A stretch of 64,000 bases of DNA from Mycobacteriales bacterium (GTDB lineage Bacteria > Actinomycetota > Actinomycetes > Mycobacteriales > Mycobacteriaceae): NCBI GenBank assembly GCA_038256175.1, contig JBBSKP010000001.1, forward strand, positions 15,657-79,656, in the 5' to 3' direction. Numbering within the stretch: position 1 is the stretch's first letter; each line of letters starts with the position of its first letter. Shown in pieces: positions 17,784-26,419 of this stretch. The notes beneath the pieces were generated by a model. That model was not told the DNA's origin. It worked only from the letters and a program-made list of their open reading frames with translations, and ran no database searches. Position numbers and translations under genes: made by a program.

Positions 17784-19226
17784 TTACGCGGAAACGGACA
17801 CTTTCTCGTCGTCGACATCGCCGACCGAAGTTGCAACTGCCTCTTCGACCGCCTTGAACGACGGGCGACGCAGGAATACGGCCCAGGTCACAATGGCACA
17901 CACGACATAGAAGGCGAAGAAGACCCAGAACGCGTTGGTTGCGGACTTGGCCTCGCCTACGTAGGACGCGCGCAGCACCAGGTTGATGAACACACCACCC
18001 AGGGCACCGACGGCGCCGGCGAAGCCGATCAATGCACCGGCCATGTTGCGTGACCACGCGGCCTGCTCGGCACGGCTCAGCTCGTCCTGGCTCTTCGACT
18101 TCGCCTCGAAGATCGACGGGATCATCTTGTAGGTCGAACCGTTACCGATACCCGACAGGATGAACAGGGCAATGAATGCGAGGACGTAGGTGAGCATGAT
18201 CGTGCTGCTGGCACCCTTATGACCGTCGTGGTCGTCAATGAATCCGGCCGCGGCAAGCACTCCTGCGGCAGCAGTCATGGCGACGAAGGTGTACAGGGTG
18301 ATCTTGCCGCCACCGATCCGGTCGGCGAGCTTGCCGCCGAGCGGACGCGCGATTGATCCGAGCAGCGGACCGATGAACGCGATCTGCGCGGCGTGCAGCG
18401 ATGCCTGTGCAGCCGTCTGTCCTGCAGCAAGGTTGTTGATGTTGAGGACCTGGCCGAACGCGAAGCTGAATCCGATGAACGAACCGAAGGTTCCGATGTA
18501 GAGGAAGCTCATCGTCCACGAATCCGAGAACTTCAGCGCCTTGCCCATGTACTTGAGGTTCGTCTGCTGGTTGGCGAGGTTGTCCATGAACATTGCGGCG
18601 CCGAGAGCGGCAACACCACACAGGACCAGGTAGATCGCACACACCAACTCGGGCGCCGTCTTGCTGACGAAGGCGATCACGAGCAGGCCGATGACCTGCA
18701 TGGCCGGCACACCGATGTTGCCGCCGCCTGCGTTCAGGCCGAGCGCCCAACCCTTGAGCCGCTGCGGGTAGAACGCGTTGATGTTGGTCATGGAGGAGGC
18801 GAAGTTGCCACCACCGAGGCCGGCGAATGCAGCGACGATCAGGTACGTGGTGTACGAGGTCTCCGGATGCTGAACAAAGTACAGGGTGAGCAGAGCAGGA
18901 ACCAGCAGTGCCAGGGCACTGAAGATGGTCCAGTTACGGCCGCCGAACTTTGCTGTGGCGACGGTGTAAGGAACGCGCAGAATCGCACCGACGAGCGTCG
19001 GTACGGCTACAAGGTAGAACTTGCCTGCGGGATCGATGTGGTAAACCGCCTGGGGCATGAAGAGAACCATGACCGACCAGATGGACCAGACCGAGAAACC
19101 TACGTGCTCGGCGAAGATCGACCAGATCAGATTTCGCTTCGCAATCTTCTTGCCGCCGGCCTCCCAGGCTGCGACATCTTCCGAATCCCAGTTTTCGATC
19201 CAACGTTTGCGGGTCGGTGCTGACAC
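17784..19226 (-). CDS. narK: MFS nitrate/nitrite transporter (NarK/NarU type)
   Basis: 480-aa 12-TM-like ORF with nitrate-signature-like motifs TAKFGGRNWT and GFAGAVGALGGVFINL. First gene of the nir operon. Confidence 0.9.
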   Translation of the reverse strand: MSAPTRKRWIENWDSEDVAAWEAGGKKIAKRNLIWSIFAEHVGFSVWSIWSVMVLFMPQAVYHIDPAGKFYLVAVPTLVGAILRVPYTVATAKFGGRNWTIFSALALLVPALLTLYFVQHPETSYTTYLIVAAFAGLGGGNFASSMTNINAFYPQRLKGWALGLNAGGGNIGVPAMQVIGLLVIAFVSKTAPELVCAIYLVLCGVAALGAAMFMDNLANQQTNLKYMGKALKFSDSWTMSFLYIGTFGSFIGFSFAFGQVLNINNLAAGQTAAQASLHAAQIAFIGPLLGSIARPLGGKLADRIGGGKITLYTFVAMTAAAGVLAAAGFIDDHDGHKGASSTIMLTYVLAFIALFILSGIGNGSTYKMIPSIFEAKSKSQDELSRAEQAAWSRNMAGALIGFAGAVGALGGVFINLVLRASYVGEAKSATNAFWVFFAFYVVCAIVTWAVFLRRPSFKAVEEAVATSVGDVDDEKVSVSA

Positions 19227-19344
19227 CAGGGCCTCCTGAGTTGTTTGGTGGCCCTAACGGTAGGAAACGGGTATTGCCGAAATGATGCGCGAAATGACCT
19301 GGGCATCAACTCATGCTCACCTTGTGGGGTTTTGCGCAGTGAGG

Positions 19345-19383
19345 GTTTCAGGCATGTTTCCTAGCCGTGACAAACGGCGTTCA
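19345..19383 (-). promoter_or_regulatory. candidate GlnR binding site upstream of narK
   Basis: On the narK strand: TGAAC-n7-GTCAC-n6-GAAAC-n6-GAAAC. The central GTCAC-n6-GAAAC matches the actinobacterial gTnAc-n6-GaAAc box exactly. It lies 119-157 nt upstream of the narK start. Confidence 0.45.
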
Positions 19384-20658
19384 GACCGTTATCCAGCTGT
19401 CTTCGAGCATGCGAGGCTTGCAAGCAAACCACGCAGATATGACCACGATCACAACCGCAAAGGACAGCATTCCGAACGGCAGCGCCCAGCCACCGGACGT
19501 CTCGTGCAGTGCGCCGAACAATATCGGCCCGAGGCACGCGACGCTGTATCCGACGCCTTGCGTGAAGCCGGACAGCGCAGCCGAGCCCGCCTGAGTGCGG
19601 GTGCGCAGGTTGATCAGCGTCAGCGACATAGGGAACGTGCTCGGCCCGAGCCCGAGGATGACGACCCACAACACCGGGGCAGCCATCGGCGCCACAAGCA
19701 GTCCGGCGAAGGCAACGACATAACAGGCCGCGCACGCGACCACGATCGGGAATGGGTTGCGCACACGGGCGCACAAGGTAGGCGCACCGAACGCGGAGAC
19801 CAGGCCCACGAGCGCGAAGATGCCGACCATGCTGCCACCGAAAGCAGGGCTGGCACCGGCATCGGTCAAGAGGCTGGGTAGCCACGTGAACATCGAGTAG
19901 GTGATCAACGAGGTCATGCCGAACATGCCGGCCATCCCCCAGCTCACCGGCGAACGCCACACCTTGCCGCGCGGGTGGGCGCCCTGAGCAGCGGGAATAC
20001 CGGTGCGATCGGCCCGATCGCGCCCACGACGATCGATGAGCACGTGCAACCACGGCAGGACCGCGGCGAAACCGAGCAGTGCCCACAGACCGATCGAAAT
20101 ACGCCAGCCGTGCGCGTCGGCAACTGGCACTGCAACGAGTGCGGGGAGCACTGTGCCGAGCTGGACCATCGTGATGTATACCGAGCTCATCATCGCGAGC
20201 CGGTCGGAAAAATAGCGCTTGACCAGCGGCGGAATCACCACATTGCCGATTCCCATGCCGCCGAGTGCCACTGCGGAGAGCACGAGCAGCGATGTCACAT
20301 CCGACACCAGCGCTCGCGTCACCATGCCGAAACCTGCCATCGCCATCGCGAGGACGACAGTGCGCTCGAGCCCGATCCGCCGCATAAAAAGGGGCGTGAG
20401 CAGGCCTGATGCCGCGAACATCGCGGTGGGGACCATTCCGAAGACACCGACGATCGTCCGGGAGAAGTCCAGGTCGGTGCTGATTCGATTGGCGAGCGGC
20501 GTAAATGCGGTCACCGCGACACGCAGCGTCAACGCGGACAGCGCAATCGCAACGAATACGAGGATTCGACCCTGAATCAGTGCGCGCCGTTCGATGGTTC
20601 CGCCAGCTGCGGTGTCGCGTCGAGCGGCATCGCGCTGAGCTTCGGTGAGTGTGGCCAC
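19381..20658 (-). CDS. MFS transporter (CynX/NimT-like)
   Basis: The C-terminal ~425 aa of the 682-aa track ORF is hydrophobic 12-TM-like (ILVFVAIALSALTLRVAVTAFTPL...). The upstream part is antisense to the GntR gene, so the start is set to GTG 20658; the start is uncertain. Confidence 0.7.
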   Translation of the reverse strand: MATLTEAQRDAARRDTAAGGTIERRALIQGRILVFVAIALSALTLRVAVTAFTPLANRISTDLDFSRTIVGVFGMVPTAMFAASGLLTPLFMRRIGLERTVVLAMAMAGFGMVTRALVSDVTSLLVLSAVALGGMGIGNVVIPPLVKRYFSDRLAMMSSVYITMVQLGTVLPALVAVPVADAHGWRISIGLWALLGFAAVLPWLHVLIDRRGRDRADRTGIPAAQGAHPRGKVWRSPVSWGMAGMFGMTSLITYSMFTWLPSLLTDAGASPAFGGSMVGIFALVGLVSAFGAPTLCARVRNPFPIVVACAACYVVAFAGLLVAPMAAPVLWVVILGLGPSTFPMSLTLINLRTRTQAGSAALSGFTQGVGYSVACLGPILFGALHETSGGWALPFGMLSFAVVIVVISAWFACKPRMLEDSWITV

Positions 20659-20711
20659 CCAGAAATCATAGGATGACCGGATGACAGGAGCAAATAGGTT
20701 TATGATCTGGG
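20658..20711. promoter_or_regulatory. divergent MFS/GntR control region with nested repeats (candidate operator)
   Basis: CCCAGAaaTCATA (20658..20670) and TATGATCTGGG (20701..20711) are inverted. Between them is the direct repeat GGATGAC-c-GGATGAC (20671..20685). Confidence 0.3.
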
Positions 20712-20712
20712 T

Positions 20713-21396
20713 ATGGAGCCCGTTCGACGTACAAGCCTGATCGCGCAGGTCACCGACCAGCTTCGGCACGAGATCCGCGAGGGCCGGTGGGCTGTCGGTG
20801 CCCGGATCCCGACCGAGCCGGAGCTGACCGAACTCACCGGGACCGGCCGCAATACCGTGCGCGAGGCCGTCCAGGCGCTGGTGCATGCCGGGATGCTCGA
20901 GCGCAGGCAAGGCTCGGGGACGTACGTCGTCGCAGCATCGGACCTCGGCGGCGCGCTCGGCAAGTACTTCGCAGACGCATACGAGCGCGACGTTCTCGAA
21001 CTCCGAGGCGCCCTCGACACCACAGCCGCCGCGTTGGCCGCACGGCGGCGCGACGACACGGACATCGCAAATCTGCTGCGCCTGTTGGACGCTCGCCGCC
21101 AATCGTGGGACGACAACAATCCGGCGGCGATCATCGCCGATGTCGAACTGCACCGCGCAATCGTCGTCGCGAGCCACAACACGGTGTACCTGGAGTTCTA
21201 CGATTCGCTCCTCCCCGTCATAGAGCAGGGCATCCGAGCCCGAACCGCCAAGACCGGAGAGTCTTTCCATGACGAGCACGCTGCCTTGGTGCATGCCGTC
21301 ATCGCCGGAGACGCCGAGCGTGCGGCGCAATCGGCACGCTGCTTCTTCAGCGAACTCCTTGCCGACTATCCCGATCCAGTTGCTGCGGCGGACTGA
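20713..21396 (+). CDS. GntR/FadR-family transcriptional regulator
   Basis: 227-aa ORF with N-terminal winged HTH RIPTEPELTELTGTGRNTVREAVQALVHAGMLERRQGSGTYV and a FadR-type helical C-domain. Confidence 0.85.
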   Translation: MEPVRRTSLIAQVTDQLRHEIREGRWAVGARIPTEPELTELTGTGRNTVREAVQALVHAGMLERRQGSGTYVVAASDLGGALGKYFADAYERDVLELRGALDTTAAALAARRRDDTDIANLLRLLDARRQSWDDNNPAAIIADVELHRAIVVASHNTVYLEFYDSLLPVIEQGIRARTAKTGESFHDEHAALVHAVIAGDAERAAQSARCFFSELLADYPDPVAAAD

Positions 21397-22588
21397 GCTT
21401 GCGCGTTCGCCAGGATGGCCGACCAGCAATTGTGATCGCGCGCAACACCCATTCTGCGGGTCCGTACGAGTGCGCCCGCAACCATTGTCGACTGACCCAC
21501 AGTTGAAAACCGAAGACCGCGATCACAATTCCGACAGTTTCGAGCGGGCTTATGTCGCCACTCAGCCGAAAACCGTACGCGGTGAATACAATTCCCAACG
21601 CAAGCGATTGCCCAAGATAGTTGGACAGCGCCATCTTGCCGGCTGGGGCAAGCATTGCCTCGATCGCAGCACCCCGGCCAGTAGTGAACAGAGCGAGACC
21701 GAGCGCAATGTAGGACGCCATCAGTACGGGACCGGTCAACTCACTCACACCGAAACCGACCATTTCCCAACCGGTTCCGGGCCGCATCGTCGCCGTCCAC
21801 GCATAGAAGGCCGCCCCGCTCAGGCCGATAGGTAAACCGTATTTCAGGAGATTCCGAAGAGCACCGCGATATCGATCGACATTCACGAAGAACTCCACCT
21901 TCCCCGCCGCAAGGCCGATCAGGAACGTAGCGAGCGCGCCGGCGCCTTGCAGCAGCAGGATCGCAAGGATCGAGTTTGGCAGCTGACCAGCGTGATAGCC
22001 GATCGTAGAAGCGACGGAGCCGTTGTACGCGTCGGCCATGTGCGCCGCGTTGTCGGCTGCAAGCACAGTGTCGGCCGACCCGCCGGTACCTATCGCTGCC
22101 ACACCGAAACCCACCCACGCGGAACTCGCGACGGCAATCAGCACCACCGCCGCCACAGCGGCGGGCTGCGGCCGAATTCGCCGAACACACAGGAGAAGGA
22201 GACCCAGTAATGCATAGGTGGACAAGATCTCACCGTGGTACAGAAGCGCGCCGTGCACCAACCCGACGGCCAACAGCCCGGCTAGACGCCGTAGCATCCG
22301 CGGGCGAAACGACACTCCCGCTCGTTCCGCCGACTCCATCTGCAACGTGAAACTGTATCCGAATAGGAACGAAAACAGCAGGTAGAACTTGGTTTCGAAG
22401 ATCATCGTGACCATGAATCGAACAACCTGGTCCATTGCACCCCGGTGATCCGGATCGATCACGCCACTCCCGTAGTAGCCATCAGCGAAGACGCAAACAT
22501 TCACCGCGAGAATGCCCAGCAGGGCGAACCCGCGCAACGCGTCGACGTTGCTCAGACGTGCACGGGCCAGCGTGCTTTCCGCGATCAT
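21347..22588 (-). CDS. DUF418-family membrane protein (YeiB-like)
   Basis: 413-aa polytopic ORF with N-terminal SNVDALRGFALLGILAVN and C-terminal GPAEWVLRAIT, typical of the family. The last ~17 codons overlap the GntR 3' end by 50 bp. Confidence 0.75.
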   Translation of the reverse strand: MIAESTLARARLSNVDALRGFALLGILAVNVCVFADGYYGSGVIDPDHRGAMDQVVRFMVTMIFETKFYLLFSFLFGYSFTLQMESAERAGVSFRPRMLRRLAGLLAVGLVHGALLYHGEILSTYALLGLLLLCVRRIRPQPAAVAAVVLIAVASSAWVGFGVAAIGTGGSADTVLAADNAAHMADAYNGSVASTIGYHAGQLPNSILAILLLQGAGALATFLIGLAAGKVEFFVNVDRYRGALRNLLKYGLPIGLSGAAFYAWTATMRPGTGWEMVGFGVSELTGPVLMASYIALGLALFTTGRGAAIEAMLAPAGKMALSNYLGQSLALGIVFTAYGFRLSGDISPLETVGIVIAVFGFQLWVSRQWLRAHSYGPAEWVLRAITIAGRPSWRTRKLSPPQQLDRDSRQGVR

Positions 22589-23190
22589 GACCGGTCCCCC
22601 GCTACTAGAACTTGATCGACGATGTGAACGAGCGTCATGGCTTCCGATTTCGGCGCGAACTCGGGTTGAACCGCGCAGCGGGCGAACGTTCCGTCGACGA
22701 GGGCTGCAATCCAGGTCGCCACAGCTTCCGCCGACAACGTCGTTGAGATCTGCCCAGCCCGCTCAGCCCGAACAACCAAATTCGTCACTCCCCGACGCAG
22801 GGACGCGTCGTTTTCCCTGACAAGCCGAGCGACGGTCTCGTCGCGGTGCGCGATCGCGGAAACTTCGAGTGAGAGCCCCGCAAAGATCGGATCTGCTGCC
22901 AGATCACATACTGCGGACAAGAACACTCGTAGCGCCCCCAACGGATCGTCGGTCGCGCCGAGTTCGTCCATCCACCGTGCCGTTTCGACGCCTTCGCGCT
23001 CGACCAGCGCACAAAGCACCGAGTGCTTGGACGGGAAGTAGTGGAACATGTTGCCCGAACTCATCGCGGCACCCTTGCAGATGTCGGCCGTTCGGGTTGC
23101 TCGAAAGCCGCTGGCGGCGAAACACTGTGCGGCGGAGTCAAGGATTGCCTGGCGCCGCGCCGCATTCGATTCAGGGTCAACGGTTCGCAT
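22585..23190 (-). CDS. TetR-family transcriptional regulator
   Basis: 201-aa ORF with HTH ILDSAAQCFAASGFRATRTADICKGAAMSSGNMFHYFPSK. Its stop overlaps the DUF418 start. Confidence 0.85.
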   Translation of the reverse strand: MRTVDPESNAARRQAILDSAAQCFAASGFRATRTADICKGAAMSSGNMFHYFPSKHSVLCALVEREGVETARWMDELGATDDPLGALRVFLSAVCDLAADPIFAGLSLEVSAIAHRDETVARLVRENDASLRRGVTNLVVRAERAGQISTTLSAEAVATWIAALVDGTFARCAVQPEFAPKSEAMTLVHIVDQVLVAGDRS

Positions 23191-23344
23191 CTAGGAATAA
23201 TAAAGTGAGCAGTCAATTAATTCAAGACTCGAATGCTGCGCAGCGCCCACAAGCTCTGCGCAGCGGCCGGAAGCCGGCCGGCATTGCCCCCATAACGAGA
23301 ACCTGTTCTACTCGTAGCGCAACCCAACGGCAGCAGGAGTAGAT

Positions 23345-24208
23345 GTGAAGTTCGGGATCGTTTTGTTCACCAGTGACCGTGGCATCACCCCGACTGCCGC
23401 AGCGCGCGCGGCGGAAGCGAACGGGTTCGACTCGTTCTACGTCCCCGAACACACGCACATTCCCGTCAAACGCGAAGCCGCCCATCCGCAGACCGGAGAC
23501 TCGAGCCTGCCCGACGATCGCTACCTGCGCACCCTCGATCCGTGGGTCTCGCTCGCCGCCGCATCGGCCGTCACCGAGCGGATCGAGCTTGCGACGGCTG
23601 TCGCGCTCCCCGTCGAGCACGATCCGATCACGCTGGCCAAGACCATCGCATCGTTGGACCTCCTTTCCGGCGGCCGGGTAGTGCTCGGCGTCGGATTCGG
23701 TTGGAACATAGACGAACTCACCGACCACGGTGTCCCAGCGGGCCGACGGCGCACCATGCTTCGCGAGTACCTCGAGGCGATGCAAGCCTTGTGGTCGCAG
23801 GAAGAAGCCAGCTACAGCGGCGAATTCGTGAACTTCGGCCCGAGTTGGGCGTTCCCCAAACCGATTCGGACGCCACGCATACCAATCCTGGTGGGCGCCG
23901 CGGGTAACGAGAAGAACTTCGCCTGGATCGTCCGATCCGCCGACGGCTGGATCAGCACCCCCGGCGAGCAGAACATCGACGACAACGTCCTGTTACTGCA
24001 CAAGATGTGGCGCAACGCAGGCCGCGAAGGATCACCGCGAATTGTCGTGCTGGACTTCAAACCCGATGCCGAGAAGCTTGCGCACTGGCACGACATCGGC
24101 GTCTCCGAAGTGGTGTACGGCATGCCCGACCGCTCCGAGGCCGACGTTCTCGCCTACTTGGAGCGATTGGCGGGCAAGCTCGAGCCACTGTCCCCGCTAC
24201 GGGGCTAA
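23345..24208 (+). CDS. LLM-class (luciferase-like) F420-dependent oxidoreductase
   Basis: 287-aa ORF, MKFGIVLFTSDRGI...GFDSFYVPEHTHIP...GRVVLGVGFGW, with AGGAG before GTG 23345. Confidence 0.8.
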   Translation: MKFGIVLFTSDRGITPTAAARAAEANGFDSFYVPEHTHIPVKREAAHPQTGDSSLPDDRYLRTLDPWVSLAAASAVTERIELATAVALPVEHDPITLAKTIASLDLLSGGRVVLGVGFGWNIDELTDHGVPAGRRRTMLREYLEAMQALWSQEEASYSGEFVNFGPSWAFPKPIRTPRIPILVGAAGNEKNFAWIVRSADGWISTPGEQNIDDNVLLLHKMWRNAGREGSPRIVVLDFKPDAEKLAHWHDIGVSEVVYGMPDRSEADVLAYLERLAGKLEPLSPLRG

Positions 24209-25063
24209 CTACAGCATCAGCCGAACCAGGTCAGCCGTACGGGCCAAACCTGGAAATGCCTCCGCGGTCGAGCGCGGATGCAATGCGTGCACCGCGAGCC
24301 GGAAAATCAAGGCACGCAACAGCATCTGCGGCCATTCCGGCAGGTCGTCCCACCGTTCCAGGAGACCGTCGTCGGCTCCACCCCACGACAACGCGTCGAT
24401 AACCGCAACACCGGCGGCCCATGGCGCGGGACGCCAGTACGGGGTGATGTCGGCAAGTCCGGGTGCGATCGCACCAGAGAACAGCACCGTGCCGAACAGA
24501 TCGCCATGCACCAACTGCGCCGGGGTATGCACCGCTTTGCGCAACGACGCGAGCTGGCCGATCAATTCGATGCTGCGCTGCCCGTCCGGCGACGTCGACT
24601 CCGGCGGCACCGAACCACGAATGCTGCGCAACGGCACGGCTTCCCACGCGGCACGATCAGCAGCCACGAAGACGTCCACATCAACCCATGGGGCGACCGG
24701 CGGCTGCGCGAGGAACCGCGGCCGTTCGAGCTGAGCGGTCGCCGCATGTAGACGCAGCGATACCGACACCACTTCGTCGTGGCGCGGCTCGGGGGCACCT
24801 TCGATGAATGTGTCGGCGCGCCAACCCGACACGACGTAGCGGCCGTCGGTGGCGCGCACTGGGCGGGCAAGGCGAACGCCGTCGACGGCCAACGTCTCGC
24901 GTACCTTGGCCGACCATGCCGCGCGGGCGTGGTCGGCGACCGGTGAAAGAACGACATCGCCGCAGCGCCAGCCCCCGTCCCAGTCGGCGCCGAGCGGCGT
25001 CGGCACCACGCCACGTAGGCCGAAGGTCGAGCACACATGTTCGGGAGGTTCGGCGGTACTCAC
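24209..25063 (-). CDS. conserved actinobacterial protein, phosphotransferase-like (TIGR02569/Rv3205c-like by position)
   Basis: 284-aa ORF next to moeZ, as Rv3205c is. Family assignment is from memory only. Confidence 0.55.
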   Translation of the reverse strand: MSTAEPPEHVCSTFGLRGVVPTPLGADWDGGWRCGDVVLSPVADHARAAWSAKVRETLAVDGVRLARPVRATDGRYVVSGWRADTFIEGAPEPRHDEVVSVSLRLHAATAQLERPRFLAQPPVAPWVDVDVFVAADRAAWEAVPLRSIRGSVPPESTSPDGQRSIELIGQLASLRKAVHTPAQLVHGDLFGTVLFSGAIAPGLADITPYWRPAPWAAGVAVIDALSWGGADDGLLERWDDLPEWPQMLLRALIFRLAVHALHPRSTAEAFPGLARTADLVRLML

Positions 25064-25110
25064 GTCCGCAGGTTACCGCCGTATAACACCGGGAAGGCGC
25101 TGACGCGCCA

Positions 25111-25154
25111 CTGTGTGCGAGTTTTACCCCGCCAGGGGTAAGACTCGCGCACAG
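25111..25154. repeat. REP-like palindromic element, copy A
   Basis: cTGTGTGCGAGTTTTACCCC-gcca-GGGGTAAGACTCGCGCACAg, 19-bp arms with two T:G positions. It lies 10 nt downstream of the moeZ stop. Confidence 0.85.
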
Positions 25155-25163
25155 TTGAGGTGG

Positions 25164-26348
25164 CTAGTAAACCGGCAAACTCTTGTCGACCTGACGAGCC
25201 CAGGCAATGACGCCGCCCTGCAAATGCGTGGCGTCCGCGAAGCCGGCCTTCTTGAGCGCAGCCAATGCTTCTGCCGATCGGATACCGGTCTTGCAGTGCA
25301 GGACAATCGGTTTGTCCTGCGGCAACTCCGACAATGCCTCACCCGAGAGGATGCGGTCCTTCGGAATCAGCGTCGCGCCCGGAAGATGGACGATGTCCCA
25401 TTCGACCGGCTCACGAACATCGATGATCGCGATGTCCTTGCCCGCTTCGAGCATGTCGTGCAACTCGATCGCCGTGATCGTCGAACCGGCCGCAGCAGCC
25501 TGCCCCTCATCGGAGACCACACCGCAGAACGCCTCGTAATCGATGAGCTCGGTGATCGGTTCGCGCGCCGGGTCGCGGCGGAGCTTGATCGTCCGGTAAC
25601 TCATGTCCAGCGCGTCGTACACCATCAGTCGACCGAGCAACGTCTCACCGATGCCGGTGATCAGCTTGATCGCCTCGGTGACCATCACAGATCCGATGGA
25701 CGCGCACAGCACGCCGAGCACGCCACCCTCAGCGCACGACGGCACCATCCCCGGCGGCGGCGCTTCGGGGTACAGGTCGCGGTAGTTGAGCCCACGCCCG
25801 TCCGGTGCGTCCTCCCAGAAGACCGACACCTGACCTTCGAATCGATAGATCGAGCCCCAGACATACGGCTTGCCCGCGAGAACGGCCGCGTCGTTGACGA
25901 GGTAGCGCGTCGCGAAGTTGTCGGTGCCGTCGACGATCAGGTCGTACTGGCGGAACAGGTCGATAGCGTTGTCAGGCTCGAGCCGGATCTGATGCAGGCG
26001 GACGTTGATCCCCGAGTTGATTTCCAGGATCGAATCGCGCGCACTCTCGCCCTTGGGCCGACCGATGTCCGATTCGCCGTGAATGATCTGGCGCTGCAGA
26101 TTGGAAGCATCCACCTCGTCGAACTCGACGATGCCCAGCGTTCCGACTCCAGCGGCTGCCAAGTACAGCAGCGCGGGTGAACCGAGCCCACCGGCGCCGA
26201 TGACCAGCACCTTCGCGTTCTTGAGCCGCTTCTGCCCATCGACACCGAGATCGGGAATGATCAAATGCCTGCTGTAGCGGGCAACTTCATCCCTGGTCAG
26301 CTCTCCTGCCGGCGCTACCAACGGTGGCAGCGAACCCTTCGACGACAC
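25164..26348 (-). CDS. moeZ: adenylyltransferase/sulfurtransferase MoeZ (MoeB/ThiF domain plus rhodanese)
   Basis: 394-aa ORF with VLVIGAGGLGSPALLYLAAAG (ThiF fold), Cys pairs, and C-terminal rhodanese IVLHCKTGIRSAEA. Confidence 0.9.
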   Translation of the reverse strand: MSSKGSLPPLVAPAGELTRDEVARYSRHLIIPDLGVDGQKRLKNAKVLVIGAGGLGSPALLYLAAAGVGTLGIVEFDEVDASNLQRQIIHGESDIGRPKGESARDSILEINSGINVRLHQIRLEPDNAIDLFRQYDLIVDGTDNFATRYLVNDAAVLAGKPYVWGSIYRFEGQVSVFWEDAPDGRGLNYRDLYPEAPPPGMVPSCAEGGVLGVLCASIGSVMVTEAIKLITGIGETLLGRLMVYDALDMSYRTIKLRRDPAREPITELIDYEAFCGVVSDEGQAAAAGSTITAIELHDMLEAGKDIAIIDVREPVEWDIVHLPGATLIPKDRILSGEALSELPQDKPIVLHCKTGIRSAEALAALKKAGFADATHLQGGVIAWARQVDKSLPVY

Positions 26349-26384
26349 GTCGACTCCTCACGTCCGGAACACTCATCGGCATAC

Positions 26385-26411
26385 AACGCCGTCGTGCTCG
26401 ACAATCATCCC
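26385..26411 (-). promoter_or_regulatory. weak SigH-type promoter candidate upstream of moeZ
   Basis: On the gene strand GGGATGA-n17-GTT versus consensus GGGAAYA-n16-18-GTT (two -35 mismatches). Located in the 71-bp intergenic region. Confidence 0.3.
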
Positions 26412-26419
26412 AGCACGGG

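Noticed and set aside
21347-21396. 50-bp convergent overlap of the DUF418 and GntR genes as a regulatory antisense arrangement
   Set aside because: The DUF418 family core ends at ..GPAEWVLRAIT. The overlapping tail is probably a non-conserved read-on to the next stop rather than a functional feature.
20659-21429. N-terminal 257 codons of the 682-aa minus-strand ORF
   Set aside because: This part is antisense to the well-supported GntR gene and shows no membrane-protein character. Only the C-terminal ~425 aa look like the MFS transporter.
23298-23309. AGAACctGTTCT palindrome and nearby CTGCGCAGCG direct repeat in the TetR/LLM divergent region as TetR operators
   Set aside because: These are short motifs (5-bp arms) that occur easily by chance. 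They are plausible but not supportable without binding data.
25113-26180. 355-aa + strand ORF beginning MCEFYPARGKTRAQ
   Set aside because: It is antisense to moeZ. Its start lies inside the REP-like palindrome, which is why a similar peptide (..REFYPAAGGKTRAQ) appears at 62537 on the other strand.
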